NCBI GenBank assembly: GCA_946543465.1
Contig: CAMNLR010000149.1
Location: 8,845 to 72,844, forward strand
From: an uncultured Lachnospiraceae bacterium
Lineage (GTDB): Bacteria; Bacillota; Clostridia; Lachnospirales; Lachnospiraceae
DNA length: 64,000 bases
Reading direction: 5' to 3'
Program-made: the position numbers and the translations under genes
Part shown: piece after piece, positions 1 to 9,850 of the stretch
How the letters are laid out: the number at the start of each line of letters is the position of its first letter
Numbering within the stretch: position 1 is the first letter of the stretch
Notes under the pieces: model-generated
Databases searched by the model: none
Told to the model about the DNA's origin: nothing
The model's input: only the letters and a program-made list of their open reading frames with translations

Positions 1-2
1 TG

Positions 3-878
3 ATGATCGTGGCCGCAGTGGATGACGGGGATATTCCGGAAATCACTGACAAGGTGGCGTCGGCAGAAGCAGGGGTGGTGTTTGTGAACTGCACTCCCGA
101 CAGCGAGGAAATTCTCCGCTGGAGCGAGCAGGATCTGAACGCTGTCTGGATCGGCTCCACGTATGACCAGCAGCTGGCCATTCAGATGAATCTTCTGTAC
201 GATTACAGCGGGACGGACCGCGGCCTGGACTTTAATGAAGACGGCCATGTCGGAGCGCTGCTGATCGGAGGCGGTGAAGAGGCGCGCAGGGCACTTGAGG
301 AGACTGTGCGCGATCTGGGCTCAGAGCTTCAGATTCTGGGAGAGACGGAGTCCTCCGATCCGGAGGAGATATCCGCTTATACACAGGAAATCCTGAATAC
401 ACACAAAAAAGAGGCGGAACTTGTCCTCTGCAGCAGCGAGAGTAATGCTCTTGCGGCCTCGGACGGTGTCCAGCTTCGGCACAGGCTTGTCGGCAGGGAC
501 ATCCTGGTCATCGGGCTGGGAACCCACGAGGATACCTGTACTGCCATCATCAACAAGCTGATGAGCGGATCGACTTTTGTGGATTTTTATGAGCAGGCCA
601 AGCTCACCGCAGTTGCCGCGAAAGATGTGGTTGAGGGAAATCAGGCACAGAAAACGATCGCCGATGTTATTTTCAAGGTGACAGAGGATAACGCGCAGGA
701 AGTCCTTGATCAGCTCTGGAAGACCAGGAGCGAGACCGCCGGAGAGGAAAGCACCGGCGGGGAGGAAGCGGCTGAACCTGAAGAAGATGCCGATGATGGA
801 GAAAATGCTGATACAGCAGAAGAGGCGGATTCGGAGGAAGACACTGATTCTGGGGAAGAGACTGACTCTGAGGAATAA
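3..878 (+). CDS. Sugar ABC transporter substrate-binding protein, MglB-like (5' end lies before the window), with acidic C-terminal tail
   Basis: Type I periplasmic-binding-protein pattern; DFNEDGH resembles the MglB Ca-binding loop; VGRDILVIG and MSGSTFVDFYEQAK segments; D/E-rich last ~45 aa. Confidence 0.7.
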   Translation: MIVAAVDDGDIPEITDKVASAEAGVVFVNCTPDSEEILRWSEQDLNAVWIGSTYDQQLAIQMNLLYDYSGTDRGLDFNEDGHVGALLIGGGEEARRALEETVRDLGSELQILGETESSDPEEISAYTQEILNTHKKEAELVLCSSESNALAASDGVQLRHRLVGRDILVIGLGTHEDTCTAIINKLMSGSTFVDFYEQAKLTAVAAKDVVEGNQAQKTIADVIFKVTEDNAQEVLDQLWKTRSETAGEESTGGEEAAEPEEDADDGENADTAEEADSEEDTDSGEETDSEE

Positions 879-1026
879 AGGCTCCGGCAGTTTAACGCTT
901 GCCGGGGATGCCCGTGTTTGCAGGGCACAGGATCCGCGGACGGGTCTTGAATAGGACGGTACGAGTTTCAGGAGTTCAGGAGTTCTTTAAAAGACGCCGC
1001 TTACAGGGCGGCATGGAGGAAAGTGA

Positions 1027-2874
1027 ATGGATTTTCAGAAATTTTTTGATGGAGATCTTTTCGACGCATATAAATATATGGGAGCGCATGTGCAGGACGG
1101 CGGTGTAGTGTTCCGCACATATGCACCCCAGGCAAACAAAGTCTGCATTATCGGGGAGTTCAATAACTGGACAGAGGAAGAAATGAAAATGCCTGTCCAC
1201 TTCCAGTTCTATGAGATCTTTGTGGAAAATGCAAAGCCCGGCCAGATGTACAAATATGTCATCTACGGAAAAAACGGACGCGTGGAGCACTGCGATCCCT
1301 ACGGATTCGGCATGGAACTGCGCCCCAACTTTGCCTCGATCGTCCGTGATCTCGATGCCTATACCTTCACCGATGAGGAGTGGATGAAGAGGAGGACGCG
1401 CTGCTACAACACGCCCCTCAATATCTATGAACTGCATCTGGGGTCCTTCAGGCGCAACGAGGCCGATCCCAACGGCTGGTATACCTATGAGGACATCGCG
1501 GATGAGCTCATCGACTATGTGAAATCCAACGGTTATACACATGTTGAGTTCCTGCCTCTGTCGGAGCATCCCTTCGATGGAAGCTGGGGTTATCAGAGCA
1601 CAGGCTTTTTCAGCCCCACCTCCCGCTATGGCACGGCGCAGCAGCTTCAGAAGCTGATCGACCGCCTGCACAATGCGGGGATCGGTGCCATCATAGACTT
1701 TGTGCCCGCGCATTTTGCCCTGGATTACTATGGACTGCGCCAGTACGACGGCTCAGAACTGTACGAGTATCCGCCCAGCGATGTCTCCGACAGCGAGTGG
1801 GGCAGCTGCAACTTTATCTTTGCCCGCCGCGAGGTGGCCTGCTTCATGCAGTCTGCCGCCAATTACTGGCTCACGGAGTATCACTTTGACGGCCTTCGCA
1901 TGGATGCCATCAGCCGTGTCATCTACTGGATGGGCAATGAGCTCCGCGGCGTCAATGAGACTGCAGTGGCTTTCCTGAAAAAAATGAATGCCGGCATTCA
2001 CAGACTGCATCCGACCGCCATGCTGATCGCGGAAGACAGCACCTCTTTCCCGGGATGCACAAAGCCTGCCGAAGAGGGAGGCCTGGGCTTCGATTACAAA
2101 TGGGATCTGGGCTGGATGAATGACACCCTGGATTATTTCATGAAGACCTCAGACGAGCGCTCCAAGCGCCCCGAGCTTCTGACATTCTCCATGTACTATT
2201 TTTACAATGAGCGCCATCTGCTCCCTCTGTCCCACGATGAGGTCGTGCACGGGAAGCGGACGATCATCGACAAGATTTTCGGCTCCTATGAGGAAAAGTT
2301 CCCTCAGCTGCGCTCGCTGTACCTGTATATGTATGTCCACCCCGGCAAGAAACTCAACTTCATGGGCAATGAGATCGCCATGTTCCGGGAGTGGGACGAG
2401 ACCAGGGAGCCCGACAATTTCCTGCTCAAGTATCCCATGCATGACTCCTTCCACCAGTACATGATCGGTCTGAACAGGATCTACCGCGAATATGGCGCCC
2501 TGTCTTCTGCAGACTATGATCCTGCAGGCTTTGCCTGGCTTGCCATGAACGACCAGGGGCACGATGTGTTCGGCATCCGCAGAAACTCTGCGGCAGGGAT
2601 TGCGGCATCGGGCACCGGCAGGGTCGGCGGAACCGGTGCTTCTGACAGGGGTACCTGTGACGTCGCGGCAATTTTCAACTTCTCTAACCGCGTACGCAAA
2701 CTGACCCTCAAGCCTGAACAATCGGAGGAGTGGACCCTTATTTTCCATACGGAGTGGGAGCGCTGGAGCGGGCAGAAAAAAGAAGAGCCCGAGAAGATCA
2801 AAGTGACGGCGCAAGTGCCTGTCACACTGGAACTTCTCCCCTTCAGCGGCGCCCTGTACAGCATCCGTCCCTGA
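1027..2874 (+). CDS. glgB: 1,4-alpha-glucan branching enzyme (GH13)
   Basis: SWGYQ, FDGLRMDA, IAEDST, LSHDEVVHGK motifs; N-terminal CBM48-like region; GGAGGA RBS. Confidence 0.95.
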   Translation: MDFQKFFDGDLFDAYKYMGAHVQDGGVVFRTYAPQANKVCIIGEFNNWTEEEMKMPVHFQFYEIFVENAKPGQMYKYVIYGKNGRVEHCDPYGFGMELRPNFASIVRDLDAYTFTDEEWMKRRTRCYNTPLNIYELHLGSFRRNEADPNGWYTYEDIADELIDYVKSNGYTHVEFLPLSEHPFDGSWGYQSTGFFSPTSRYGTAQQLQKLIDRLHNAGIGAIIDFVPAHFALDYYGLRQYDGSELYEYPPSDVSDSEWGSCNFIFARREVACFMQSAANYWLTEYHFDGLRMDAISRVIYWMGNELRGVNETAVAFLKKMNAGIHRLHPTAMLIAEDSTSFPGCTKPAEEGGLGFDYKWDLGWMNDTLDYFMKTSDERSKRPELLTFSMYYFYNERHLLPLSHDEVVHGKRTIIDKIFGSYEEKFPQLRSLYLYMYVHPGKKLNFMGNEIAMFREWDETREPDNFLLKYPMHDSFHQYMIGLNRIYREYGALSSADYDPAGFAWLAMNDQGHDVFGIRRNSAAGIAASGTGRVGGTGASDRGTCDVAAIFNFSNRVRKLTLKPEQSEEWTLIFHTEWERWSGQKKEEPEKIKVTAQVPVTLELLPFSGALYSIRP

Positions 2875-3013
2875 TCAGCGGGGAGCTTATATGCGCAGAG
2901 CGGCTGCAGACATCCTGTGATCGCATTGGCGACGCTCTTTCGAGCGGTATGTTCCATGATCGAAAAGGACGAGAAAATACGGCAAAAAGCTGCTTTTGTC
3001 AGACAGGAAGAAA

Positions 3014-3757
3014 ATGAAGAAAGCAATCATCAACATATTACTGATCGTTTTTCTGGGAGTACTGCTCTACAGCGGTTACCGTCTCTTCAGCATCTATTCG
3101 GAATACCGCAAGGGACGCGTTCTGTATGAAAAGACTTCGGACCAGTTTATGACAGAAAAGGAAGAGAGCGGGGAGGAGATCGAGACCGCACCGATCGAGA
3201 TCGATTTTGAAAGCCTGCTCAAGGAAAACCCGGATGTGGCGGGATGGATCTACTGCCCTGATACCGTCGTCAACTACCCTGTCATGCACGGCGAGGACAA
3301 TGATTTGTATCTGCACCACATGGTGAACAGGGAATACAATTTTGCCGGCTGTATCTTCGAGGACTGCGACAATGCCCGCGGACAGACAGACCCGGCGACG
3401 ATCCTGTACGGACACAGTATGAACGATGGATCCATGTTTGCCATGATCCACGAATACACCAAACAGGAGTATTACGATGAACATCCGACCATGTGGTATC
3501 TGACCCCTACGCAGAATTACCGCCTCAACCTGGTGGCGGGATTTGTCGCAGAGGAGGACGATCCGGTCTACAATCTGTTTCAGACACCTCAGGAGATGCA
3601 GGCATACCTCAAGGAGGCATTGGACAAGTCCACCTTTCAATCGGATAAACAGTATTATCTGGAAACAGTCGACAGGATCATTGTCCTCTCGACCTGTGCC
3701 TATGAGTTCAATAACGCGCGCTATATCCTGATCGCCGTACCTATTCCGATCGGATAA
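3014..3757 (+). CDS. srtB: Class B sortase
   Basis: N-terminal TM anchor; NPDVAGWI, YGHSMNDGSMF, catalytic LSTC followed by ARY; start placed at ATG 3014 after AGGAAG. Confidence 0.9.
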   Translation: MKKAIINILLIVFLGVLLYSGYRLFSIYSEYRKGRVLYEKTSDQFMTEKEESGEEIETAPIEIDFESLLKENPDVAGWIYCPDTVVNYPVMHGEDNDLYLHHMVNREYNFAGCIFEDCDNARGQTDPATILYGHSMNDGSMFAMIHEYTKQEYYDEHPTMWYLTPTQNYRLNLVAGFVAEEDDPVYNLFQTPQEMQAYLKEALDKSTFQSDKQYYLETVDRIIVLSTCAYEFNNARYILIAVPIPIG

Positions 3758-3855
3758 AAAAACCACGTGGCGGAAAATAACACTTTTTGCCCGCAGGTCC
3801 TTTTTCGGCGCGCCGGCAGCAGTACTGCATACAGAAAAACCATATAACTGCACTG

Positions 3856-3887
3856 AAAAAGCCAGAGGAAGAGCGCCTCTGGCTTTT
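3856..3887. terminator. Bidirectional intrinsic terminator
   Basis: AAAAAGCCAGAGG-N7-CCTCTGGCTTTT between convergent genes. Confidence 0.75.
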
Positions 3888-4060
3888 ATCAATATGGTTA
3901 TATCTTGATGTGGGGAAGACCGCGATTTTTTTGTACAAAACCCGCGGCCTGAGCCGCAGAATACGCGCGTAAAGAAGGAAACCTGATTCATTTATGAAAA
4001 AAACTCAGCCCGGGGCAAAGGATTAACGCGCAAAAAGGGTATCCGCCCCATCAAACATCT

Positions 4061-4471
4061 TCATGACCTGGCGGGCAGCTTGTACCCGTTTGTAGAGACT
4101 TCGGCGATCTTTGTGCCCAGCTCATCTGTGATGCGCACTTTATAGAAGGAGGTCGCCCTGCCATCCTTGAGGACCTCGGCTTCGCCGATCAGTATCTTTC
4201 CCTTTGCGGCCCCCAGAAAGTTGATCTGACTGGAAAGCGTGACTGTGGCACTCTTGTCATACTCGTAATTTGTCGCGACTGCGAAAGCAAAATCAGCCAT
4301 GGTATAGTAGACGGCGCCCATGACCCTGTTGACAGCATTTATATGCCTTTCATCTATTTTCAGCGTAACTTTTGCATATCCGGGCCGGGCGTCCGCGATC
4401 TCGATGCCGGTCGTCCCGGTCGCGTATGCGTCGTTTTGAAAAAAATTCCTGACTTCATCAAGTGTCTGCAT
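4061..4471 (-). CDS. PaaI-family hotdog-fold thioesterase
   Basis: HINAVNRVMGAVYYTMADFAFAVA motif; AGGAG RBS before ATG 4471. Confidence 0.88.
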   Translation of the reverse strand: MQTLDEVRNFFQNDAYATGTTGIEIADARPGYAKVTLKIDERHINAVNRVMGAVYYTMADFAFAVATNYEYDKSATVTLSSQINFLGAAKGKILIGEAEVLKDGRATSFYKVRITDELGTKIAEVSTNGYKLPARS

Positions 4472-4769
4472 CTGATAACTCCTGTAAATGATAGATAACG
4501 GGATCCTATTCTCTGCAGAGAACATCAAACGCTATCCTATCACAAAAACAGAAACTATTCCATGAAAAGATGTTGAAATCTTTGAGGGCAGGAATCCTTC
4601 AAAAAATATCCGGATATGCATTTCCGCAATCTGCAGCATGTATTTTTAACGTCTTGCAAAAATGCATGGGAAATAGGATAATGAGATTCGTGCCGGAAAA
4701 CGGACGACGGCGGCGGGACTGCCTGTGAAACAAGGGGAGTCCGCAGAGGCCGCGGGAAGGGAGAAGCAT

Positions 4770-5750
4770 ATGCCGCAGATAGACCTGATCACAGGATTTC
4801 TGGGATCCGGAAAGACAACTTTTATCAAGAAATACGCGAGGTTTCTGATCGATCAGGGACTGACAGTGGGAATTCTGGAAAATGATTACGGTGCGATCAA
4901 TATCGATATGGTGCTCCTGGAGGATCTGATGGGAGACAACTGCGATGTGGAGATGATCGTGGGCGGAGACGGAATCATCTCTCACAGGCGCCGGTTTGCC
5001 ACCAAGCTGATCTCCATGGCAATGATGGGATTTGACCGCATCATCGTGGAACCTTCCGGCATATACGATACAGATGAATTTTTTGACGCCATGTCGGAAG
5101 AGCCTCTGTGCAAATGGTATACACCGGGCAGCCTTGTGGCTATCGTCGATGCGGGAATGGAGGATGAACTCTCTGAGGAGTCGGAGTACCTGCTGGTCTC
5201 ACAGACAGCCAATGCAGGTAAGATCGTGCTCAGCCATTGTCAGGATCTGGAGGGGACAGAAACTCCGGCGGAGACAAGAGACCGCATTCTGAAACACCTC
5301 AACCGTGCCCTGGAAAAGTTCCAGTGCGACAGGCGCCTGGATGCGCAGGACATACTGGTCAGGGACTGGGAGGCACTGACCAAAGAGGACTTTGCCTCGA
5401 TCGTCATGGGCGGTATGATCCCGGCGGATCATGTCAAGATCCCTGTGGAGCATGAGAACGGCTACGGTACCCTGTTTTATTTCGGAACACACATGGACGG
5501 GGAAAAACTGCGCAGGTGCATCGCAGAGACCCTGGAAAATCCTGCCTGCGGAAATGTCATGCGCATCAAGGGATTCGTCCGGACAGGTGAGGACAGCCGT
5601 GTGCAGATCAACGCGACCCGCAGAGAGACCAGGATTGAGCCGACTGTCTTTGCGAGGGAAGTACTGATCGTGACAGGAGAGGACTTGCACCGGGACTGCA
5701 TCGATGCGATCTGGGCAGAGGATTCGGAGATTATCACTCCCGGCGCATAA
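4770..5750 (+). CDS. CobW/G3E (COG0523-like) P-loop GTPase
   Basis: ITGFLGSGKTT, ENDYG, EPSG and C-terminal MRIKGF motifs. Confidence 0.88.
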   Translation: MPQIDLITGFLGSGKTTFIKKYARFLIDQGLTVGILENDYGAINIDMVLLEDLMGDNCDVEMIVGGDGIISHRRRFATKLISMAMMGFDRIIVEPSGIYDTDEFFDAMSEEPLCKWYTPGSLVAIVDAGMEDELSEESEYLLVSQTANAGKIVLSHCQDLEGTETPAETRDRILKHLNRALEKFQCDRRLDAQDILVRDWEALTKEDFASIVMGGMIPADHVKIPVEHENGYGTLFYFGTHMDGEKLRRCIAETLENPACGNVMRIKGFVRTGEDSRVQINATRRETRIEPTVFAREVLIVTGEDLHRDCIDAIWAEDSEIITPGA

Positions 5751-5756
5751 AAAACG

Positions 5757-5797
5757 AGAGCGAAAAATAAGGCAGCGGCCTTATTTTTCGCTCTTTT
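5757..5797. terminator. Intrinsic terminator between convergent genes
   Basis: 16-bp stem AGAGCGAAAAATAAGG/CCTTATTTTTCGCTCT followed by T run. Confidence 0.75.
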
Positions 5798-5842
5798 CCG
5801 TTCATTTCAAATATTGAAAAATGTAATCAGAGGACTTCCGTG

Positions 5843-6607
5843 TCACTCGAAATCATCGATCAATTCTCCCTCTAAATATTCGTATTCTTCCTCCTCTTCA
5901 TAGTATTCTTCCTCCTCTTCATAGTATTCTTCGTCCTCGTCCTCGTATTCTTCCTCCTCATACTCATACTCCTCCTCATAGTATTCCTCATCCTCATATT
6001 CTTCTTCGGATTCCTCTTCCGCCTCCCGGGCAGTTTCTGCTGTTTGGGAGGTGGAACCGTCAGTTTTTTCCATCGCAGCATTTTCGCTCATGGTGACGGC
6101 TTTCTGCCTGTCCGCTTCGGTTTCTGCAGCAGGAGCTTTTACTGTGTTTGCGGATGAAGGGGATTCTTCCGGTGCCGGGCTGTAGGTTTCGGCACTTTTT
6201 CCGCGCAGAGAGGAGAGGATTCCCGCGCCCGGGTAGGAGCCTGCCATGCGGGCATTAAAATACATAATGACGAGCAGGCATACGGCGGCGCCGGCTATGG
6301 TGAGGGCGGGGCGGATCAGTCTGCCGGGGGAGAAATCGGATTTGGATTTAGGAATAAAGGGAGCAGCTTGTGGCGCGGCCCACTTTTCAGCGGCCTGCTT
6401 TTCGGGAGCCCGTTTTTCGACGGCCTGTTTTTCGAAAGCCCGTTTTTCGGCAGCCTGTTTTTCGAAAGCCCCTTCTTCAAGACCGGTATCCGGGGAAAGG
6501 GGAGCAGATGCTGTGTCAGACAGAGTGTCCGGGGATTGTTCGATCACATGGGTTGTTTTCGGCGGATTGGTTTTGCGCCTTTTTCTTCTATGTTTTTTTT
6601 GACTCAT
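5843..6607 (-). CDS. Hypothetical single-pass membrane protein with basic N-terminus, 10-aa repeats and Glu/Tyr-rich C-terminal tail
   Basis: AGAGG RBS-like site upstream; one hydrophobic helix (LTIAGAAVCLLVIMYF); fills the gap between confident genes. Confidence 0.7.
   Translation of the reverse strand: MSQKKHRRKRRKTNPPKTTHVIEQSPDTLSDTASAPLSPDTGLEEGAFEKQAAEKRAFEKQAVEKRAPEKQAAEKWAAPQAAPFIPKSKSDFSPGRLIRPALTIAGAAVCLLVIMYFNARMAGSYPGAGILSSLRGKSAETYSPAPEESPSSANTVKAPAAETEADRQKAVTMSENAAMEKTDGSTSQTAETAREAEEESEEEYEDEEYYEEEYEYEEEEYEDEDEEYYEEEEEYYEEEEEYEYLEGELIDDFE
5878..6020. repeat. Coding low-complexity repeat (poly Glu/Tyr), including 21-bp units TAGTATTCTTCCTCCTCTTCA
   Basis: Directly visible. 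Confidence 0.85.
6381..6470. repeat. Three imperfect 30-bp tandem repeats encoding AFEKQAAEKR-like units
   Basis: Units at 6381, 6411 and 6441. Confidence 0.9.
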
Positions 6608-6938
6608 GAGAGATTCCTCTGACTTTGAACGGCACAGGCCGCTTTCTTACAGAAATGTTGCTTGGTCATCCGTAAATCGGTCCCTCTTATTATATACAGT
6701 TTGTGAAGAGGGTTCTACTGAAAAATGTCTTCGGCGGCATTTTGGCACCCCTTCAGCCTGGGCGGATCCCGGGTCCGGTGAGTCCTGAAAGACCAGCCGG
6801 CGCATTCCTGTGACTGCAGATAACAGTCGTAACAGTCGTGTGAGGCTTCACCAAAATGACTATTTACCGGTTCCATGTTATAATGTCGGTGCGAATAAGA
6901 GACCGGGGACTGGTTTTCAGTATTGAACGGAGTTTGAA

Positions 6939-8075
6939 ATGAAACAGAATCATGGAAAATCGGGATTAACTGCTGACAGAGACAAGAAGATCTGGAAGAT
7001 TTTCGGCACGGACTATAAGGAAATGACAAAGAAGATCCTTGCCGCTGCCGACCTTGCGGCAAGGATCGGAGACAAAAAGGCCAGGATCGGCATCAAGCCC
7101 AATCTTGTCGTGGCATCTCCGGCGCAGTTCGGGGGCACAACGCACCCGGAAGTTGTTGCCGGGATCATTGAATATCTGCAGGAGAGAGACTTCTCGAATA
7201 TTATTATTGCAGAGGGCTCCTGGGTGGGAGACCGCACTGCACTGGCCTTCGACTATTGCGGCTATAACACACTGTCAGAGCAGTACGGCGTGCCGCTTGT
7301 CGATACACAGAAGGAGAAATGGCATGAAGTCGACTGCGCGGGCATGAAGCTCCAGATCACAAATGTGGTCGACAGGATTGATTTTCTGATCAACGTGCCG
7401 GTCATGAAGGGGCACTGCCAAACCAAGATGACCTGCGCCCTCAAGAACATGAAGGGCCTGCTGCCCAACAAAGAGAAGAGCCGCTTTCACCGCATGGGCC
7501 TGCACAAACCGATCGCGCACCTGCAGTGCGGTATCCATCAGGATTTCATTGTCGTCGATCATATCTGCGGGGATCTGGACTTCGAGGAGGGCGGAAACCC
7601 TGTCGTCCGCAACTGTGTCATGGCGGCCTCAGATCCTGTCCTTGTGGACAGTTATGCCTGCCATCTGATGCAGTATGATGTCGACGAGGTGCCCTATGTG
7701 CGCCTTGCGGAAAGACTGGGCGCGGGCACGACAGATCTTTCTCAGGCGGAGATCATCCGGCTCAACGTCGGCAGCGAGGAGGAGGAACTTCCCCGCCAGG
7801 ACCGCATCCTGGAGGTCTCCTATGCTGTCGAGGAGGTCGATTCCTGCAGTGCCTGTTACGGAAACCTTGTCCATGCCCTGAATCTTCTCAGGGAGGAAGG
7901 GCTTCTTGACAGACTTCACGACCGCATTGCCATTGGACAGGGCATGCAGGGGAAAACCGGCACTCTCGGGATCGGACGCTGTACAAAGGATTTTGATACC
8001 TGTATCATGGGATGTCCCCCTGAACCGGAAAAAATCTATGACGAACTGAAGGCATACATTCTGGCACATGCATGA
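6939..8075 (+). CDS. DUF362-domain Fe-S protein
   Basis: IKPNLV, TTHPEVV, PVMKGH, LKNMKG motifs; C-terminal CSAC, GRC and GCPP cluster ligands. Confidence 0.88.
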   Translation: MKQNHGKSGLTADRDKKIWKIFGTDYKEMTKKILAAADLAARIGDKKARIGIKPNLVVASPAQFGGTTHPEVVAGIIEYLQERDFSNIIIAEGSWVGDRTALAFDYCGYNTLSEQYGVPLVDTQKEKWHEVDCAGMKLQITNVVDRIDFLINVPVMKGHCQTKMTCALKNMKGLLPNKEKSRFHRMGLHKPIAHLQCGIHQDFIVVDHICGDLDFEEGGNPVVRNCVMAASDPVLVDSYACHLMQYDVDEVPYVRLAERLGAGTTDLSQAEIIRLNVGSEEEELPRQDRILEVSYAVEEVDSCSACYGNLVHALNLLREEGLLDRLHDRIAIGQGMQGKTGTLGIGRCTKDFDTCIMGCPPEPEKIYDELKAYILAHA

Positions 8076-8090
8076 CAGGAAACTCCATGT

Positions 8091-9647
8091 ATGGATCCTC
8101 ATCTGATCAGGGAACGGCAGGAATTTATTTTGGAAACATACATTTTTGACAATGAGAAGAAAACAAAGGAAACCAAAAAGCGTGCAGGCAGGGTGCCCGC
8201 ACGCCTTTTCGGTGTATTGCTGCTGCTTCTGATATTCGTTTTTGCGGCAGGCTGCGCAAAAACCGAGACGGTACACGCGGATCCGTCAGTGATCCGGGAT
8301 GAGAAGGCCGGGGCAGCGGAAGCCGGCCCTGCCGACAGAGGCGGGCGGCAGGGAGGGAAAACGGGCATGGAGGCGCTGGGGACAGCGCTGAAAGAGGAAG
8401 CCCCGGAAGACTCCCCGGATGAATCATCAGAAAAAGCCGCGGATGCCTCATCAGAAAACGCAGCTCTTGTCTCATCAGACAGTTCTCCGGATGAAGAGAG
8501 CGGACAGAATAGACCGGAAGCGCAGACAGCAGAGACGCCTGCAGAAGAAATGCAGGACAGGGGAGAGGAGAGCACAGAAGTCACCTTCACCGCTGTCGGA
8601 GACAACCTGATCAACGAAGTCCTGTATGAGCAGGCTGCGCAGAGGGCGGAAAACTCGGGAGAGGACAGGGAGTATGATTTTGCCCCCTGCTATGCGGAGA
8701 TCTCACCCTTTATCAGGGAGCATGATGTCAACTGGATCGACATCGAGACGCTGATGACAGATACCCTTGAGCCTTCCGGCTATCCGGGCTTTTCCACACC
8801 CGGAGACAGCGGACGGGCCCTGATCGATGCGGGCTGGAACGTGTTCAGTCTCTGCAGCAATCACACCTATGATCAGGGCACAGAAGGAATCCGGCAGTCC
8901 CTTGCCTTCTGGAAGACCATGCAGGAAGAGGCAGGACCGGCAGGCGGGATCTGCTGCACGGGCCTGTGGGAAAACGGAAGTGAGGAGGATATTCCCGTCC
9001 TGACCTGCAAGGGCAGAAAACTGGCCTTTCTCACATATACCTACGGCACAAACGACATCGAAACCCCTCCGGATTCACCGGCCCATGTGATCTATCTGGA
9101 GGAAGAGGAACTGATGGCGCGCCAGATCGAACTGGCCCGGGAACAGGCGGACGCCGTGATCGTGAGTCTCCACTGGGGAGAGGAATACAATCACGAGGAG
9201 ACAGAGGACCAGCGGGCGCTTGCACAGCGCGTGGCGGATATGGGCGCGGATCTGATCATAGGAGGCCATCCGCATGTAGTGGAGGGGGCAGAGATGCTGA
9301 CGGCGGCCGACGGCCGCAAAGTGTTCTGCGCCTATTCCCTGGGAAATTTTCTCTGTGCGCAGAATGCCATGCCCAACCCCGATGCCATGATCGGTCTGCT
9401 GCTGTCCTGCACCTTCCGCTTTACGGAGGAGGGCATGACGGTGGAAGACCACGCTCTGATCCCCATCCTTTCCGATTACGGAGAGGAGTATGCGGACGAC
9501 CATGTTGTCCTGTATTCGGACTATTCGCAGGAAGAAGCTCTGGCACACGGCATGCGGACCATGTACGGCTTCACAGAGTTTGACTATGACTATGTCCGGG
9601 ATATGCTGACGGCTGTGGTGGGCGAAGAGTACCTGAAGCTGCCCTGA
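8091..9647 (+). CDS. CapA/PgsA-family metallophosphoesterase-like lipoprotein
   Basis: AVGDNL, SNHTYDQG, SLHWGEEY, GGHPHV, YSLGNF motifs; lipobox-like AAGC; acidic linker. Confidence 0.88.
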   Translation: MDPHLIRERQEFILETYIFDNEKKTKETKKRAGRVPARLFGVLLLLLIFVFAAGCAKTETVHADPSVIRDEKAGAAEAGPADRGGRQGGKTGMEALGTALKEEAPEDSPDESSEKAADASSENAALVSSDSSPDEESGQNRPEAQTAETPAEEMQDRGEESTEVTFTAVGDNLINEVLYEQAAQRAENSGEDREYDFAPCYAEISPFIREHDVNWIDIETLMTDTLEPSGYPGFSTPGDSGRALIDAGWNVFSLCSNHTYDQGTEGIRQSLAFWKTMQEEAGPAGGICCTGLWENGSEEDIPVLTCKGRKLAFLTYTYGTNDIETPPDSPAHVIYLEEEELMARQIELAREQADAVIVSLHWGEEYNHEETEDQRALAQRVADMGADLIIGGHPHVVEGAEMLTAADGRKVFCAYSLGNFLCAQNAMPNPDAMIGLLLSCTFRFTEEGMTVEDHALIPILSDYGEEYADDHVVLYSDYSQEEALAHGMRTMYGFTEFDYDYVRDMLTAVVGEEYLKLP

Positions 9648-9700
9648 CCAGCCCGCAGACAGGCAGATGCTGCCCTACAGGGGAGTCCCGGGCATAAGAA

Positions 9701-9830
9701 GGAGAAACCGGCAGCAACCATGAGCGGGAGAAACCGGCAGCAACCATGAGCGGGAGAAATCGGTAGCAACCATGAGTGGGAGAAATCGGCAGCAACCATA
9801 AGCAGAAGAAACCGGCAACGCTCATGAGCG
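9701..9830. repeat. Five 26-bp tandem repeats (GGAGAAACCGGCAGCAACCATGAGCG)
   Basis: Units at 9701, 9727, 9753, 9779 and 9805, degenerating towards the 3' end; no spacers. Confidence 0.92.
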
Positions 9831-9850
9831 CAGAAGCGGGAGAGAATGAG

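Noticed and set aside
3014-3757. Pilus or Isd locus around the sortase
   Set aside because: No sorting-signal substrates or NEAT proteins recognised nearby
6775-6800. CCGGTGAGTCCTGAAAGACCAGCCGG as a hammerhead-like motif
   Set aside because: Lacks both CUGANGA and the GAAA after stem II; a simple hairpin
8091-9647. Poly-gamma-glutamate capsule synthesis
   Set aside because: No capB or capC present; stand-alone CapA-family proteins are common
9701-9830. Possible CRISPR array
   Set aside because: Repeats are contiguous with no unique spacers, and there are no cas genes
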